In this document: in pieces, positions 63,336 to 64,000 of the stretch
How positions within the stretch are numbered: position 1 is the first letter of the stretch
How the letters are laid out: every line of letters starts with the position of its first letter
Assembly (NCBI GenBank): GCA_013239625.1
Contig: MU054187.1
Location: 24,368,433 to 24,432,432, forward strand
DNA length: 64,000 nucleotides
Reading direction: 5' to 3'
DNA from: Lama guanicoe
Lineage: Eukaryota
Translations under genes and position numbers: made by a program
Notes under the pieces: generated by a model
Databases searched by the model: none
What the model saw: the letters and a program-made list of their open reading frames with translations, nothing else
What the model was told of the DNA's origin: nothing

Positions 63336-64000
63336 GTGCAGATATAGGATATTCCAGAAATAGGGATACAGATAATTTTAAATATACAGAGATAGTGCTG
63401 ACATCCTCAAATTCTTTTGGTCTTGTTTGAAGACTGCCTACATTCTACAGGTTTCTAGAAGGTTTGAGTCTATAATGAAATCAATGCACAAAATGACAAA
63501 CAAAATTTTGGCTACTGTTCTAGAACAGATTCTTGCAGGGAAAAAAAAAAATTGGTCCTTCAGAGAACCTATTTTGGCCCCTAAAACAAAACCAATCAAA
63601 AGTAACTACATTTCCCCACTTCCATATAAATGACTTTTCCTTTCTAAATACACCTGTTTATCACATTGTAAATAGAAATCATTTTGTAAATGTAAGGAAA
63701 CACCAGTGATATCTACATTTATTTTTAACTTTTAATGGAAAGCATAAATACAGATTACTCAAGAATGACATGTAAATAATCATCAAAAAGTTAACTCCAA
63801 AAAAGTTCTGAAGGTTCACTCTCACAGCCTGGGATCTGATTAAGCAGGTTTTTGCCGCATATAAATATGTTATAGTGTATCAATAGATGCTAAAAAATTT
63901 TATATTATGCATTAAATTATAAATTGATGATCTCAGATAACTAACCATCAATATTGTCCAAAAGTATTTTGGTAATATCCAATGTCTGTGATGTCCAATA

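Noticed and set aside
1..64000. CRISPR arrays, operons or other prokaryotic systems; CpG-island promoter
   Set aside because: The sequence is mammalian repeat-rich DNA with no regularly spaced repeat-spacer array and no extended CpG island

Overview
Repeat-dense, AT-rich mammalian (eutherian) non-coding DNA. It is most likely from a camelid (Camelus/Lama/Vicugna), inferred from four tRNA-Ala-derived SINEs that resemble the camelid vic-1 family. No intact, recognisable protein-coding gene, tRNA, rRNA or CRISPR array is present, and the six-frame ORFs are mostly LINE-1 fragments, microsatellite read-throughs or chance ORFs. The window is a layered record of transposition: ancient MIR, L2 and hAT MITEs, MaLR/ERVL/ERV1 solo LTRs, old and young L1 copies (several with clear target-site duplications), and one truncated ERV1-class provirus (5' LTR, tRNA-Arg primer-binding site, long leader with hairpins, decayed ERV9/HERV-W-like gag matrix). 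The most notable observations are (i) a 265-bp tandem duplication whose second copy is almost purely AT-to-GC shifted, next to a CpG-enriched tract, suggesting a fossil GC-biased gene-conversion hotspot; (ii) a perfect (GAA)39 repeat born in an L1 3'UTR A-tract; (iii) a twin-primed inverted L1 inside the ERV leader; and (iv) three unique-sequence candidate exons on the minus strand that could form an unannotated spliced transcript. Repeat subfamily names come from remembered consensus similarity, not a search, and boundaries without TSDs are approximate. I found no well-supported novel multi-gene system.
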